This document shows, piece after piece, positions 1 through 15,900 of a stretch of DNA of 64,000 nt (the stretch's first letter is position 1; each line of letters opens with the position of its first letter). The notes under the pieces are model-generated. The model searched no databases. It had not been told where the DNA came from and worked only from the letters and a program-made list of their open reading frames with translations. The DNA comes from Laetmonice hystrix (lineage: Eukaryota). The stretch covers positions 32,676,001-32,740,000 of the forward strand of contig OZ249436.1 of the NCBI GenBank assembly GCA_965235115.1, given 5' to 3'. The position numbers were made by a program, and so were the translations under genes.

Positions 1-575
1 GCCAAATGAAAATGGTGTGCTGATATTTTAAGAGGAAAACTTCCCTCAGCATAGACATAAATATAAAAAGACAATGGTTGCACCTATACATGCATGTGTA
101 AAAATACAATATTTATGATATTATTAGTTCGTGCAGTGTGAAAGATATATTGAAAAACTATATGGCCGTCTTACCCTTGATAGCTTATCAGATAAGCATC
201 AAAAAGTACAAACATGGCCGTGAAAATTTACAAAACACTATATTATATCTGCCATGTAGATCATCAGCCATTGAATAAAAATAGACTTCTGCCTTTCTGT
301 AGCTAAATTCATTCAACAAGACCGACACATGGCACTGTGTATAAGAAATGCTTAATATGGATAAAATGTGGAATCTGTAGGTGTGCGGCAGTCTGAATTA
401 GATTTGATGTAAATTGTGTGCCAAGACCGTTTGAGCTTCAAATGTGCCAATTCCGTAAAAGGCTATTAAATGCAACATTCCTTTTATATAGGTTTCTTTC
501 TCTCACGTTTTATGTCATTCTACACTTTCCAGCACTTCTACACTTTCTAGCTGATTTTACGCAATTTTCTATATT

Positions 576-754
576 CAGGGCCGTTATATGGCATGGGGGG
601 GGGGGGCTAGGGGGCTTAAGCCCCCCCCCCCCCAATATTTTCAGTGTTGCCTAATAATTATCCTACTATACCAGGGAGCACCTTGGATCTGTTCGTCGAG
701 CCCCCTCAATAATTCAATAGCCCCCTCAATAATTTGATGGAAATTATGGGCCTG
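576..754. mobile_element. Degenerate MITE with CAGG...CCTG termini and 5-bp target duplication
   Basis: ATATT|CAGGGCCGTTA ... TTATGGGCCTG|ATATT, with internal poly-G/poly-C and repeated AGCCCCCTCAATAATT. Confidence 0.65.
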
Positions 755-985
755 ATATTTGACAGTGACTTTTGGATATGTAATATTAATAACCATTATT
801 CCTAATAAACTGAATGTTGCATGGTGGTTGAAGACATGGTCTCCTTTCCCTGCCTGGTACCTGTATTATCAAAGTAGAAATAAACACTTGTGGTATATTT
901 AAGTCCCATCCTTTCCTGAAGAGACCGTGCTTCAACTGCTCACCACTTCCCCCATGTGACTCAAGAGGTCGAGTCTCACACTCAC

Positions 986-3900
986 CATGTCAGGGTGCAT
1001 GTATTCCTCCAGGTAGGTCTTGCATAACTTCCGATCCCAGTCATCTGTGATGTGACCTCCATACATGATCTCGCCAAACAGGTAACGTAGATCTTCCCAC
1101 GGTACCTATATTGACAACAAATGAATTCACATACAATACTCAGCATTCACACGTTTATGGTAGAAAATGAAATTATCTAAATTTCTTAGTATGGTACTGG
1201 TACATTTGAGGCAATGTATAATGTATTCTGTTGAAGAAAAGAGAGGGAAGATCAAGGAAAACTTGTGAGAAAATAAAATATTGGTGACCAACATTGCTTG
1301 CATATAATGTACCTTGGCATTAGCTTCAAGATAGTTGTAGAGTACATTCATCGAGATGGTCAGATCTCCAGTGTTGAAAGGATAGCTTCGGTTCCAGCCC
1401 TGGGGGCCAAACTTTCTCCTCTCTGACACCACAGCGTGGAAGTAGCACAGTGCAAACAGGATGCTCTTAAATTCTGTCTCACGGGCGCACATTTCCATCG
1501 TATTCTGTGAAAAGAGTAAAATATAAATAACGTCAAGAGTGACCTGTTTGCCAAGACTTTGGGTACCTCCTACGAAATAACGTTTTTAATCTATGAAAAC
1601 CTCTCAAGGAAGCTACTGCCACATTGATATAACATTGGTTTCACTCTTGATTGCATCCTAAAGAAATGTTTGCACCGACCTGGTTGAAGTTGTCAAGGGC
1701 CTTGTGAAGGTTGGCAAACATGCCAGTGGGTGGCTCGTTAGTGATCTTGATGGATGACTCAAGGATGCCCTGTGGGATGATGTGTGCGTCCCGGGTACCA
1801 GCAGGCTCAGCACTGATGTACACACGGTACGAATCATGCCCGTCCAGGCTGTACTGTTCCAGCTTCTTCTCCAGAGTGCCAAGCCACTTAGCCACCAAGT
1901 GGATGTTCTGAGTTACAAAAACATTTTTTCTTCACATATGTTGGCATAACGTCATGACATATTCTTTTGCGTTTGAATGGAAAGTATGAAATCTTTTACT
2001 CGAGCTCTAACATCTGGAAGGATGGATGTTTTAGTTGTAGGATCAGATAACTGACCTGTAGGATGACCCAGTGTCCTTCCTTAGCAGAAAGGTCCATGGC
2101 CTGCTCAGCCACGATCTCTTGACCCTGGCCCAAAGAGATGTTGTGGAAGTTGTTGCTGTCCATGGTGAAGCCGAGCTTCCTGCCCATGGCTTCAACGTCC
2201 TTGAGGGGATCCACACCAGGTGAGAGGATGAAGAAGATTGGTGTTCCTGGTCCCGATTCTTCGTAAGACTTGGAAAACTCAACTGCACGATTCTCTGTGT
2301 ATTTGCTTCCCATTTTCTCCTCAACAAAGTTCCTGAGTAGAACAAATACACTTGTTTGGTATGAGTTCATCTTGTAAAGCTATTTCTGATAGGGCCTGAT
2401 TGAGTAGGTCTGTCTTGATGAGACACGAGGAATGATTGCCTAAACCTATTTCCATGGCAAAGATATACGACCAGTAATTAGACTGGTACGATACAATGGA
2501 ATGACTCGAGGGACTCTATGAAAAGAAATTTATTACCAAACAATAAAAACCTTGTTGTTAGCTTTCACATTACTTACTTGATTGCATAGGACATACGATC
2601 TGGGCGGAGGGCTCTCATCATGCAAAGCTTTTGCAGTGAGGTCTTGTTCTTCCATTCCTGAGGGAACTTTTCTTTCTCTGGGCACTCGCTCTCAACAAAC
2701 TTCTTCCAACGTTTTGCTGAGCCCTCTATATCACGGTCAAGATTGCGGAAGTCATCCATATTTGATAGGGCCTATTGGTAGGAAAAGAAAATGCAGATTA
2801 TGAATATCTTCTCGATACTTGGTTGCTCACTTGACAATATAATGTATACACGCTGTCACTGGTAGAGTGTGTGGAAAGCTTTTTGACAATTGGCGTACCT
2901 TGATTCCTCCCCAGCCAATGTTGTTGAGGAAGTCCACTGGGCTAGTAACATTGGGTGTGACTGGGAAACGCAGGAGGAAGTCCAACTCCACTGGGTTGAT
3001 ATCCTTGGCCATCAGTAGGATCTGGTGACAAAGCCAGTGAGAGGCTAACATTTGACAACAAAATACCATATTCTTGTCTTTGAAAACTAACCTTACACTT
3101 TTATGTTTGTGTCTTAAACATCTGCAATGACAGTTAAAATGTTAGCAGTGTCATAAAATATGATTGGATCATGAGAAATTTTGTTTGATATACCATACCT
3201 GGAAGGCCATCTGAGCAGTGAAGGTGAGCTTGTCTCTTTCAAAGAGACCTCTGGTGGTGTAGATGAACACTGAGTAACTAATACAGTCAATCAGGTTAAA
3301 GACACGCTGTTTCACCTCTTCAGCTGGTTCAGCCTTCTCAATAGCTTTCTCAAACACAACGCTGAATGCCTGCGAATAAATATGAGGGGAACATTAAATA
3401 TTTGCATCACAATCATGAATTCCCTTTTTCCAGCAAAGTGAGATCTAATTACTACCACAGCCAAAGGTAATACATAAGTGTAGTTAAAATCCACCATATC
3501 CCTGCTTTTGAAACTGTGAGCTGGAGATTGGTCTTATTTAATACAAATCACATCACATAGTATAATTCTTTTTACCCATGAGATGATTCAGAATTAAGCA
3601 TCAAATTTGGTTAGGCTAAATATAACATCTCCATCCCCCTGCCAGAACACATACCTTGAGTGAGAACTGATACATGAGGCTGATCTTGTTCAAGTCATTA
3701 AGGATGAAGTAGAGGAGGGATGCACGCGCTGCAGCAGGCCTGTACAATTCACGTGCTTCATTGATTTTCACTTCAGTGATCTTGGCTTCCTTCACCTTGA
3801 CCTCAATCTCCATGGCTGTGCGCTTTGTGTTCTCCAGGTTCTCCACCAACTCATAGTCGCCCAGGAAGTTCCCTTCAGCTGCTGACAGACGCGCCAGCAG

Positions 3901-6900
3901 AGAGTCCTCCAGTCCTTTCAGAGTTACGGTGAATTCGTTCTGTTGGCGGGTCAGGTCCGATTTCAGTTTCTCCAGGTCAGGTCTTTCCTTGCTGACGACA
4001 GCAGCCAGAAGCTGGTCCTCCAAACCATCCCGGGTAACAGTGAAGTTGATGAGGGTGGTCTGGGCCTGCATTTCTGGTTTGTAGTGAGGGTTGGCCAGCT
4101 TTGTGTGGAGGATGAGGCGGAATTCTTGGTTATACTCAACCTCTTTGTCACCCAGTTTTATTGCACGTCCCTTTTTGATGGTGTTGCGTCCAAGAAGAGG
4201 ATCAAGCACAGGATCTAGGGATTCCTCAATGTTTTCTATAAGTACGACGTCTCCCATGGAAACGGCACGCTCTATGACGTCCAGGTAACCCCTGCTTCCA
4301 AGACGCACTACAACTAGTGCCTCGCCATACTTGGTTTTGATCCACTTTACACCCTGGAGCTGGGGGTCTATCATGAGCGGCCATCGTTCAGATGCAGTCA
4401 GTATGGTGGCATTCTCTGTTGACATACGGTCACTAGGCAGACCTTCGTTGTTCCACTGGGCCACCTGTGCAGGGTCAGTGAGCAAAGTCAGGGGGTCAAG
4501 GCCTTCAGTGATTGGAACAGGTACTTTGAGGTTACCCAGGTATGGTAGCCAATATTTTTCCATCAGGTCCAGTCGGTACTGCTTGGTGAAGCAGCCAACA
4601 TAGGATATGAAGGCTGTGGTCAGAAGGACATCCCCCGGTAGGGTTTTCTCTTGTTCCTTGAAGTCCTTCACTGCCTCTGCCCAACGTACATTTTCTGAGG
4701 CCAGACCTCCAACCAAACGATTGGCCAGCTCGATCGTCTTACCTGTCATCTCAGCCTCCTGTTGGCAGCGAAGCTTCTCGTTTGTGGCTTTCTCAAACTC
4801 TGCAGTTAGCTTTCCAAGAGCCTCTTCAAGTGAGGAGATCTTAGCCTGGATGACACGGAGTTTATCTTGGGCTGCTTGGAGCTGTTGGTTGGCCGTCTCT
4901 AGAGCCAGACGCTTGGGCTCGACATCACAAAACACTGTAAAGAACATCATGATGTTCCGGGCCCAGGCACAGAGTCCGGCAGCTGCTGCTGACTTGGCCT
5001 TGATGAAGTCGTAGTCAAATTCGGGGTTGTCAATGTAGGGCTGCACAGCTTTCTGCACTGCATCCGGAATATTCTCCTTGTCATAGTTGATCAGCTGATT
5101 CAGGAAGTCATCTACCTGCAATATCGAATCAACATTGTCAAAGCGTGGACAGTGAAAATTATCCCATGCATTTCAAACATGATAGGACTAAAAGTAAACA
5201 AATTTATAATAATTTAATACCACATTCTTAAAATCTCATATTTTGCTGCTTGTTGATAGCAACAATCTCTTGAAAGGTATTTTGACAAGCCCAGGCATTG
5301 CCATAGGCATAGTAGGCCTACTCCCAGCCAAACAGATTAGCCTTTAAAAGGAAACGTCATATATACTTGATACAGAACTGGAAACACATATAAACTTTGG
5401 AAATAGAGTACATGTAGATCATTTGGCTTGGATTTTCGAAGGATTCATATTCTAACCAAGAAAGGCGTATGAAACTATTAACCCAATTAAATATCTTCAA
5501 TGGTGTTCCAGATGGGATGTGCAACCCAAAGTAACTTTTAAATCAGAAGTGATTAAATTTGAAATCTAAAGCTACATAAAAGGAAAGAAAGTCTGTTGGA
5601 TGGTTCGATACAAGGTCTGATTTTACTTATACTGCAACTTTTCACAGGCTTGTTACCATGTAAATAAATACATGTGCAATTCCTGAGAGGCTTATATCTT
5701 GAGAATTGCCATGTTCACAAGTGAATATTGTTTACTATTTACCCATTTTTGTGCAGCTACACCTGAATAATGGTACCATGTCTAAATCTAGAACTTATTC
5801 TGTGATTGTTACTACATTTTGTTGTGAATTCAGGAAAAAAAAACGGAGAGTCTAACTGCCTAAGTTTAGGTTGAAAACTATGTTTTCATCTCTGTGTTAT
5901 ATATAAAGGAGAGAGAGAAGTTAGTCCAGTACAAATGAACGGACGTTGACATGATTCCTCACTTTACAACAAATACGACAAATGTAAGAATGTCATCATG
6001 CAATTGATGCTGACAACATACTTCACTTCATAAGGGTACATACACTGGCTTCGTCCTTACAGAAATGAAAGGTCGAATGGAAATTCAAATTAAAATTTCT
6101 TTCAGATGAGATCAGAGTCAACATAAGCCGACACAGTGACTGTTCACAAAAATCGACCTCTATTCACCTTACCACAAGTGAGGAGAGTAAGAGATCAAGG
6201 CATCAAGCAACAGCAGAGATCTGTCAAAATTCATCCTTTGCACAGAAAGCTCAAGATCATATTTAGATACATGGGGAAAACCTGTTTTTTTTTCCCTGCA
6301 TGTTTGTATTGATAAGCTTTTCTACTGTGATCTGTGTATGCTAATATAGATACTTTCTACAGCTATATCCTTATCTCTTAGGCAAGCATAATCAACTCTA
6401 TCTTTGATCTTTGACTATGCCATGCAAAGCCTGATTTCTGAGGGTTTTTTTTACTTGGTATGGAATCCAATAACAGGCGTACCTTTCCCATCATGACTTT
6501 GGCTGCTTTCCAGGAGCGATCTTTAGGAATCTTCCCAGCCTTGTTTGATAGCAGCACCATGACAGCTGCCGTCACATTAACTACAGCTGCTGGAGGTGAG
6601 CCGAAGGACTTCAGCTCTGTCAGGTTATTCTGTAACAAAACGTAATCATTCAAGGATCTTTGCATACGTAGAAGATTGTGACTGGCAACCTGTTTAGATC
6701 CTCAATACCTTTTGATTCTTGCTTTAAGTCAGAAAACAATCTGTCACAATCTGGAAGTTCTAGAGTCAGGAGTTTATCAGTATGGAGGTCTACAAAAAAA
6801 GATTTTAGTGTCACGATACAATACCTTGTTCAGTGTGTTCAAGGCATCCTGCGCAGCCTGCAGGGCAGGCTCAGCCTTGGCCAGGTCCGACTCACAGTCC

Positions 6901-9900
6901 GCCGCCTTCTTGGACACCTCCTCGTTAATCACCTGCACTTTCTTCTCTTCCTCATCAGCAATTGCTTTCTCCTTGGACACTTTCTCAGTCTCCACCCCAA
7001 CCACTTGAATTAGCTTGTTGGCCTCTTCATTCTTCTGGGCCAGCTCAACCTCTTGTGCAGCAAGTTTCGCTTTCATGTCATCCACCTATTGAATTATATT
7101 TTGGAAACTTAAGTACTGATATTTATTCAATCTAAGAAGGGAAAGGTACCTGGTCAATTTTCGGTTGACCTTACTACAAAACAAATACACCACAAGTATG
7201 TGTCAGCCCCTATAAGATCTCTTGGATGACGTGCACAACTGAACAGTGTGACAATTCAGTAGATATCAGGATTTGTCTGACCAGTATGCCCACCTGCTGT
7301 GCTGTGCTCTTTAACTTTTCTAGACCGTTTTCAAGACGCAACATCTTTTGTAGCAGCTCCGCATGTTTGTTACCAAGCAGACTTTGATAGAGCTTGATCT
7401 GTTCCAAGAAACTTTTGGGTGTTGTGTAGTTGTAGCGGCGGTCATTCCTCAGGTACTGGGCACTCATTTCATTGACAGACTTGTGGACGTTGGCCATAAA
7501 CTGAGAGATTGAATCCTTCATGTCAGCCTGAAAGAATAAAATACAGTCATAAAAATTTGAACTTAAAAAAAAAGATATTTCCTGTCTGCTTATAACAATG
7601 AAGTCAGTGGTGATGGCATGGACATTAACATAACGACTGCAGATATATTAGCAGTCTCCAACTTTCATATTTGTCAGGCTACATGATACTTACAGGAAGT
7701 AGATCACTGTCTTCAAGGAAACGTCTGCTGACAGACACCAGCGCCTCCTCTGGCCACTCATGGAACCAATCAATGCTTGTGCAGTTTACCACTGCTGGGA
7801 ACTTTCGACTTCTGATACGAAGCGTATTCCCAACCGGAGAGAAGCACAGCACCACCTGTGAACAAGAGTTTATGTTGACTGGTCCATGTATCTGCTAGTT
7901 AACTGAATGCCAAATGTAGGCAGTATTATTATCTTAAAGAAATAGCTATAACTGAGTAATCCTTCAGGACATTCTAATTCTAAACGGAACTCTGCTCACT
8001 CCAGTTTTGAGGTCCATGTTACACTCTGAGTGTACGAGTTAGAGAGGCGGTGGTACAATGTAATCCAGTTCTTACCTTTAGTTGCCTCCTCACACGGTCA
8101 ATGAAGAACTTCCAGCAATTTTCACGCGTGTCCTGCATTCCAACCCCCTTTACTTCATTGCGGACACCATTTATGATGTTTTCCAATTCGTCGTCGGGGA
8201 AGAGATCTGGAATCTCTCCCGACGCCAGCAGATCATTGATCAGCACTAGGAACTTCTCATCAGAGACTTGAGCATCAGTCATCAAGAAGACCGTTCCAAT
8301 GTTTTTCCACCCAGCTTTAATGTACAGGCCTCCAAGATCAAGCTTGAGATCTGCAATGCTGTAACCTTTCCGTAACGTCACCTACAGAAGTAAAACAATC
8401 ACAGCATTCATGAAACCAGGAAAAAAGTTGCTGCAACAGGTAGGCCTACAGCTAGCTAATTTGCAATTTGCAAGTTCATGACAGTAAAGCCACATCACTT
8501 CATTTTGCTATCTAACGGATAGATCCACATGGCTCATCGACTTGCACAATTAATTAAAGCAAGATGATGAAGTTTGAGAAAGGTATCATTGCCTGACCTG
8601 GAAGACCTCGAGGCTGCTGATGAAGGCGGCCAGCCGAGACAAGCTCTGCTTTCCAGAACCTCCAACGCCCACCAAGAGAGCATTGCCACGTGGAGCCTCA
8701 AGGATACGGTTAATACGGAGCACATGCTGAATAGCATCTTCAAAGAGAACCAAATTCATGGCAGCATTGATCTCGTTGTAATTTTCCAGTGCCTCCACTA
8801 GGATCTTGTTGATGTCTTCAAAATTAAGGATTGGCATGTATTTGGGCTCTCCTATACCCTGAGCAAAGTGGCAGAACAGCATGGGCGTATGGAACAGCAC
8901 ATTTTCATCCATTTCCTGCAATGTAAATGATGACATAAAATCAGCACTCATGGTAAAGATCTGGAAGATATTCCTGTTACCGTTTTACGATAGACTACAA
9001 ATGGACTTACTAAGTTACAATTGTTTCAAGAAAGCTCACGAAATCACGAAAGTTTTGTGTGTGTGTGTGGTTAATGGAGAGTTACACTTCTCCGCCCCCT
9101 AATTATCTGCAATTACTGGTATGGCCAATACACTGGTCTAGTACTGGTGTTAAGGTTAGACTGCTATAAATATAATGCGCTCTGAACTCTAGTGAAAACT
9201 AGAAAAAGAATTGAACCAAGATGTTCTAGAGTATATTTTTGTCATTGAAATTTCTTTCAGGTGTTGCACTTGGCAGTGTTTGTGATGAACTGTGACTTGG
9301 TTAATAATACATCTACTATATTACGTGCAAACCATTACTGGTAAATGTTTTCCTGGCTTGTAAGACACTTGTACAAATGACTTTGCTTTTTAATTGGAAA
9401 TTTCTTGAAAAATACTTTATGGCATGTTTTAACCAATGTCTGCTGCAAAGGTTAAAATTGCCATAAATGTACTATTACTAGTATTTAGTGACCAATGATA
9501 CATTATGTGAAACTTTCGTACCTATCTTTTTCTACTCTAAACATGTGAAACTGAAAAGTCCTAAATTTTCTATTGTGCTTTATTGATAGATATTTTTAAA
9601 CCACCTTCTACTCCACATTTTATTGACATAAAAGAGAAACAACAAAGGAAGAAATGTCATCTTCAATAGCCTGCTGACATGACACAAAACTTATATCCTT
9701 ATCAGCATGAGAAGATTATGAGAACCTTATTAAAAATCACTGTATAGACTGTTTGCATTATTGTGCACCAAGTTCTCATCTGGCCTTAATAAAACACTTT
9801 CTTGGATAGGAAAGTTGAAATTATTTGTGATCTTTTAAATGTCAACAATACCTCAAAGCTTTTCTTGACGACATCCTTGATGATCTTGTCAAACATCTCA

Positions 9901-12900
9901 AAATCTTTCTCATCAGTCAGTTTGTCACGGTAGACCCTTGCTGCCTCATGCATCCACAACCGAACTAGATCTGGTGGGGTCTTACAAGTATCGGAAACGG
10001 CGAACAGCATTCCCTTCAAACAAAACATATGGTACATCTTATTCCATATCTGCCAATACTGGAAAACCAGAAAGCTGAACACTATCCGCGAAGGGTCCAG
10101 CAGGCTTCCCTGGCCCCTGGCCAGGGGCAGCGCCCTGGTGGGAGTACAGGGGGCAGAGCCCCCATGAGCTTCTGGGTTTTGGGCATTTTTGTTGCTAGGG
10201 AAAGGCTGCTTGTTGACATTATTTGATATGTATATAATATTGCGATCTGAAAATTCGAAAATCGGAATGTTCATATTTGTTGCTATCTAATATGGAATCA
10301 CGAAAATCCGAAAGGTGCGATTAAATTGGAACGGTTGGCAGGTATGTTATTCTGGCACAGCAAAATCATTCCATCCCAATTAGGTATATGCATTGCAGCA
10401 CTAACTGTCTTTTCTTTTTCATAATCTGTGCAGGCACACTTTTAGGAATTAAATGAATGATTTCCACTGTTACCATATGTATCAGAGTGCCAGAAATATG
10501 TCACCTGGAAGATGTTGGACAAATCTCGCAGGTTGAAGACGTAGTGGAACTTGACAGCAGTAGGCAGGAAGTTGTGGGTGACCTTGGTGTGCATGTTGAG
10601 GGCACACTGGATGACAGGCAGCGATAGTTTCTGGACGGCTGCCCCAAAGTTGTTCATGGCCATATGTTGTGAGAGAATGCTGTTATAGATGGTGGTCAGG
10701 GCATCGAGCCCAGGGAAGCTGAGGGCAAACACCGAGAAGTGCCGCTGCAGACGGGGGTTGATGGTGAAACTTCCTGCCGTTGGGTTCATGCAGGAGACGT
10801 ACTGGGTGTTGTGGATGTCCTTCAGGGAAAGCTTTGTACGGTCATACCAATGGCTGTAGTCTAAATGCTGCCGGATGAGGGTGTGTGGCTGCACTGTGAA
10901 GTACTGGTCCACCTCGGGCATGTTCATGTCATCTATGAAGTATATCAGGCGTTTTGTGCCAGGAGGGCCATAGTTGCGGCCAGCCTTCTTCTCCAGTGGC
11001 TTTTCCAGGACACGCTGCAACATCTCTGAGGTGGTGTAGAAGTTGAAGGGGACATTGCCGATCAGGAATTCTTCCTCCAGACTGTTTAGTTTGTCGTTCA
11101 TCAGAACAGTTTTACCTGTACCAGCATTACCAACCAACATGACTGGACGTCGGCGGTCGATGAGGAGATCCATGAAGAAACGAACCCTGGTGGTTTCTGC
11201 TGTGTGTACAAGTGCAGCCTGAAATAAAAAGCTCAAATGATAACACATTAAAAGGCAGTCAAAAGTAATCATTTTTTGGAAAAAGTCATGCATGTGAGAT
11301 GAAGTGATATTACCCAAATAATATGTGCATTACACATGTGTTAAAACCCTTTTAGTTTAGATCATTAAGGTACGTTCAGAAAGACACGTGTCGTTAAGGA
11401 AAAATGTGGAAGATTCATTCCACACACCTGCAGTGGAATCTCTGAATCCAACTCAAACTTTGCCACTTTCTTGGTCCACGGTTCAAACTTCTTTGTCTCT
11501 GGGTCAATGTAGTAGTCAAACACGGTGCCTGCTCCGGGAAACTTTATTGTCTTGAACTCTGTTACCCACCATTTGGTGAACTCCACACGGTGGTCAACGA
11601 GCTGAAAGCAGATGTTTTGATGTTCTTTTAAGTGAATCTCTTCAAAATCTTTTCAAAAATATATGTCGAAAACAATAATTTGTAGACTGCTCCTTTCTAT
11701 GCTTCTATCTTGACATTCACTTACTGAAAGTTACATCTCAGCTAAATGAGAAACCGATGAGATTTTACCTGATCCTGGAAGAGGCAACCGCCAAAGGCCC
11801 AGACAATACAGAAGACAAAGTATAACTCGTAGAGCTCCTTAGGGCAATCAGGGGGCGTGTTCTCGGGGGTGAGCATACACTCCAGAAGGTAGCACAACAT
11901 CTGCAGGTGGGAGATGTCTGCAATGGGCGTGATCTTCTTGAAGCGCATCTTCATGGTCTCCAGGCACATTGGAACATACTTGTCGAAGAGGATGATGAGG
12001 TTGGCACGCTCAGACTGGACCTCACGTGTGTCAATCCAGCTGCTGATGTACGGGTTCCAACCCAGATCTGCCGGGTTGATGTAGAGGATGCCAGCACGGG
12101 ACACAGTGGCTGGTGTGGCCGTTTTCAAGTGGCTAATCTCAAACAGCAGCCGCATGGATGGCGTCAACGGGATGCGCTCGTTACTGGCCAACGTCAAAAC
12201 CTGTCGGAGGGTCGGGGGGAAGACGTTAGAGAGGCATAGGTAAAGGCCTATCATGTATTAGGTTCATTTAATGAAGTTTCAAGTTATGTAAATTTCATGC
12301 AGTAACTGGCAAGCTTCAAAGTATTATGGAGCTTTCTAAATATACACTGTACTAAAATCAAGTTGAACTTGTAGGTTTTACATGTTTTAGTTTCCTGCTG
12401 TCACTCTGTCTTCCTTTTGTTCTGATCTATCATTCTCACTGAATGCGTTTTACATGTCAAATTACGATGTTCAGACAGGTGCTTTCTTTTGCTTGCGTGC
12501 GCGGTTATTCACGCTACTCGATCGGAATTTGGGCGCGCGATGGTGCGTGAGCGAGATCGCGTGCATCTCACTGCAAGCACTGATACTTCACCTTGTTGTC
12601 GTCCATGACAGTGTTGAGGGACTCGATCCACATGGGATCAATGTCACCATCCAGAACGATCCACTTGGGACTGTCTGAGCTCAGGTTGGCAAGGTCACGC
12701 ATGATTACAGAGAATAAGCCTGCAAGTACATTAAACAAACTTCTTTGAATACTGGCTATTAATTACTCTGTCTCTAGAATAGTGCATACATACTTCTATT
12801 GCCTAGAACTGGCAGGTGTATTAATGTTGTATTGGATCAGAATGAAGGCCCAACTTTTCTTCTTTTTTTTTCATCAGATGCAAACTCATTCTTTGAAACT

Positions 12901-15900
12901 AAATTTCACCCATATATCTATGTAGTTGACACTAGAGCATAGTGTTAGTGTGCTTTATCTGCCTGGAGTGATTCTTGGATGATGTGCACATGATGAAATC
13001 TGCTAATCGAAAATAAATCTTATTGGAACACTCTACTGACCGTCTTTCCATTCACGGGTGGATGGATTGATGACACCAAACAATTCATCATTGGTTACAG
13101 CTTTGGGGTTGAGATCCTGAGCAATAGGTTTCCTTTTCAAGTTTTGGTTGGCCTTGAAGAGCGACTTCCACACCATGGATTTTCCAGTGCCTGCGTTACC
13201 CACGATGAAGACAGAGTGACGCACCTCAAACAACTCCTGGAGCTGCACGATCTGTGGGATGGACAGGGCAGAAATAAGAGAAATCCTAGGGGTGCACGCA
13301 TGCTCATGCAGACTGTGTTAGGCCCTATAACATGTTATACCATAGAAAATGCTATAAAATGCTATAGATGATACTGAACTGCTCATGTGTTTAATTTTCG
13401 TTCAACATGACTGGTTGTGTATTCGGCTCTATAACGTGCCTGCATCATACAATCAATGCTTTAAATGCTCATGGGTTGCATTATTTTTGTTTTTATTGAA
13501 ATCATGTGCCACAAAATGTTGACTGGCTGTGTATTAGGCCCTGTAACATGTCACACCATGTAAAATGCTATAATATGCTAAGATGCCATGGATTGTAATT
13601 TTCTTTACTTTCAACAGAAATCACATGCCACAATATGCTGAGGCAATCTAACATGCACTGCACTGAACTCATATATATGGGCCAGTGAGAGCATCAAATA
13701 ATTTCTGTAGTGCTTTTTGGGAGTTATTTAGAAAACAAACGTTCCATAACATGCATCATAAATAACTCTGTCTTTCCAGTGATTAGACATTTACATGTCA
13801 TAAAACAGATGTATAACCTATAATATATACACTGTGGTATATATATATAGATATATACATATGTAGTTAAATGCAAGAGGGTGTGATGTTTTGGCCTCTC
13901 CTGAATACTGCTGCACAAAGTGGCAGAGTCTTCAGAAGTTCTACCCGACCCTGTCATCGGGCATGTGGTGTGCCGCATGCATACCTTGAGAACAAAGGCA
14001 TCCTCAGCCTGGAGGTGCAGGTCAGAGACGGCCTGTTTGATTTGTTTCTCAAACTCTGGGTCGCGCTTACGCGGCACATCAAGGGCTGGGAAGAGATCAC
14101 CTATCAGACCCATGAATATAGGCAAGTCATCCGTCACAATCTTGGGGATGTTGAAATCACGTAAAGCTCTCATCAACACCTGTAAAGAAAAACAAACAGT
14201 TTTATTACAAATTACTATTGCGAATAGTTCCACACAGAATTTTAGGTCTATAAAGATCATGTCAAGAGAGCTAATTAGGCACTACTTATGAGACTGATTT
14301 CAAACTTTAAAGCTGGCCAGAACATTCTGCATTCTTACCTGGTCTTCAGGGCGGCCTGGGTCGCTTCTCTTGAGTGCCCCTGCCACGACCAGCACTGACT
14401 TGATGGCACGCAGGCCCCAATCGTAGTGGTCCTGCTTGGACAGCAGCTCCTTACACAGAGAGTAGAGCGTGATGAACTTGCGGGCCAGAAGACGGGCATC
14501 TAAGAAGCCCTCAGCGACCAACATGATCTCACAGATCAACTCAAAGTCAGGCACCACCATAGCACATGGCCTGAAGTCAAAAAGACACAAACATACCAGT
14601 AAATGAAATGTGCAGTTTTTCCCATCTTCAGTAAAGAATTGATAGAAATGCAATTACCTCTTACCTGTTTTTCCCTACTCTGGTCGAGCTTTGGGACACC
14701 CTGCACATTTAAATATTAGTAGAAACTAACACATTGATGGAATGGATGGCATTCCTTTCATTTCATACCAGATTTCTGTACCTGAATAGGGCCTTGAGAT
14801 TTTCCGGCAGTTCTGTGCGACCAGCATAGCCTGGGTTCATTGTAATGAAGATACCAACAGTTGGAACCATCTTAATGATCTCCCCGAGGAAGTTGAAGAT
14901 CTTCTTCTTTTCCCGAATGGCATCCTGGATGCTCTTTACTTGGACAGCCACCACGGACAACACCTCAACTGAGATCCGATTGAACTCGTCAAAGCAGCCC
15001 CAGGCTCCCGACTGTGCCAGACCCTTGTAGATGTTACCAATTGACTATAATAAGATGAACAAATACAGTGGAATTAGTACCATTTGCCGATTGTATAAAA
15101 CAATGCTAAAATTTGCAGTGACTGCCACACAAGTATCATACTCATAGCCTAGAATTAAATATTCTAAGACACAGTCTGGACCATATGGATGTATAAAGTT
15201 CATGTCGATTTAGATAGCTGCCATAGTTTTCTCACCTTGTAATCCATTTGCTCGGAGCAGTTGAATACATAGACCATGATGCCAAGTGCACGCCCCAAGT
15301 CCTTGGTTGTTTCTGTCTTTCCAGTCCCGGCAGGACCAGCAGGAGCCCCACTCATCACCAAGTGGAGGGACTGGGTCAGAGTGATGTAACAACTACAAGG
15401 ACATGCCAGGTTAGTGTGCAGTTTCCTTACAGATCTTAGCTAATTTTGCATTAGCACTTCACATCGATCTGTGTTTACGTGTATCATCATTTCAGCTTCT
15501 ACTCTTTGTTTACTCTTCAGCTCAACAGATTTAATCTCTAAGATTAATTTACCCTTTGATTTATATATTATCCTCACATACATTTTCGAGTGCAGTAAAA
15601 ATATTTATTACAAAGTTTTGAGATGTTAAGGTAACAGGTACTGACCGATCAGTTAGTGGGGTGATGACAAGACGTGGTGTGTTACCCAGATACTCATGGG
15701 AGTATGTGAACTGAGCATCACAGATGTTAGCAAAGCAGTCTCTCTGTGCCTCATCCCAACGGTGTCGGAGCTGTGAGAGCCATGCAAAGCTTTGAGAACT
15801 TTCCACCTTGGACGAGATGAGTTTGGCAACAACATCACGAGCATGCACGTCAATGGTACAGATTGTCATGATCTTCTGACGATCTCCAGGGGTCAATTTG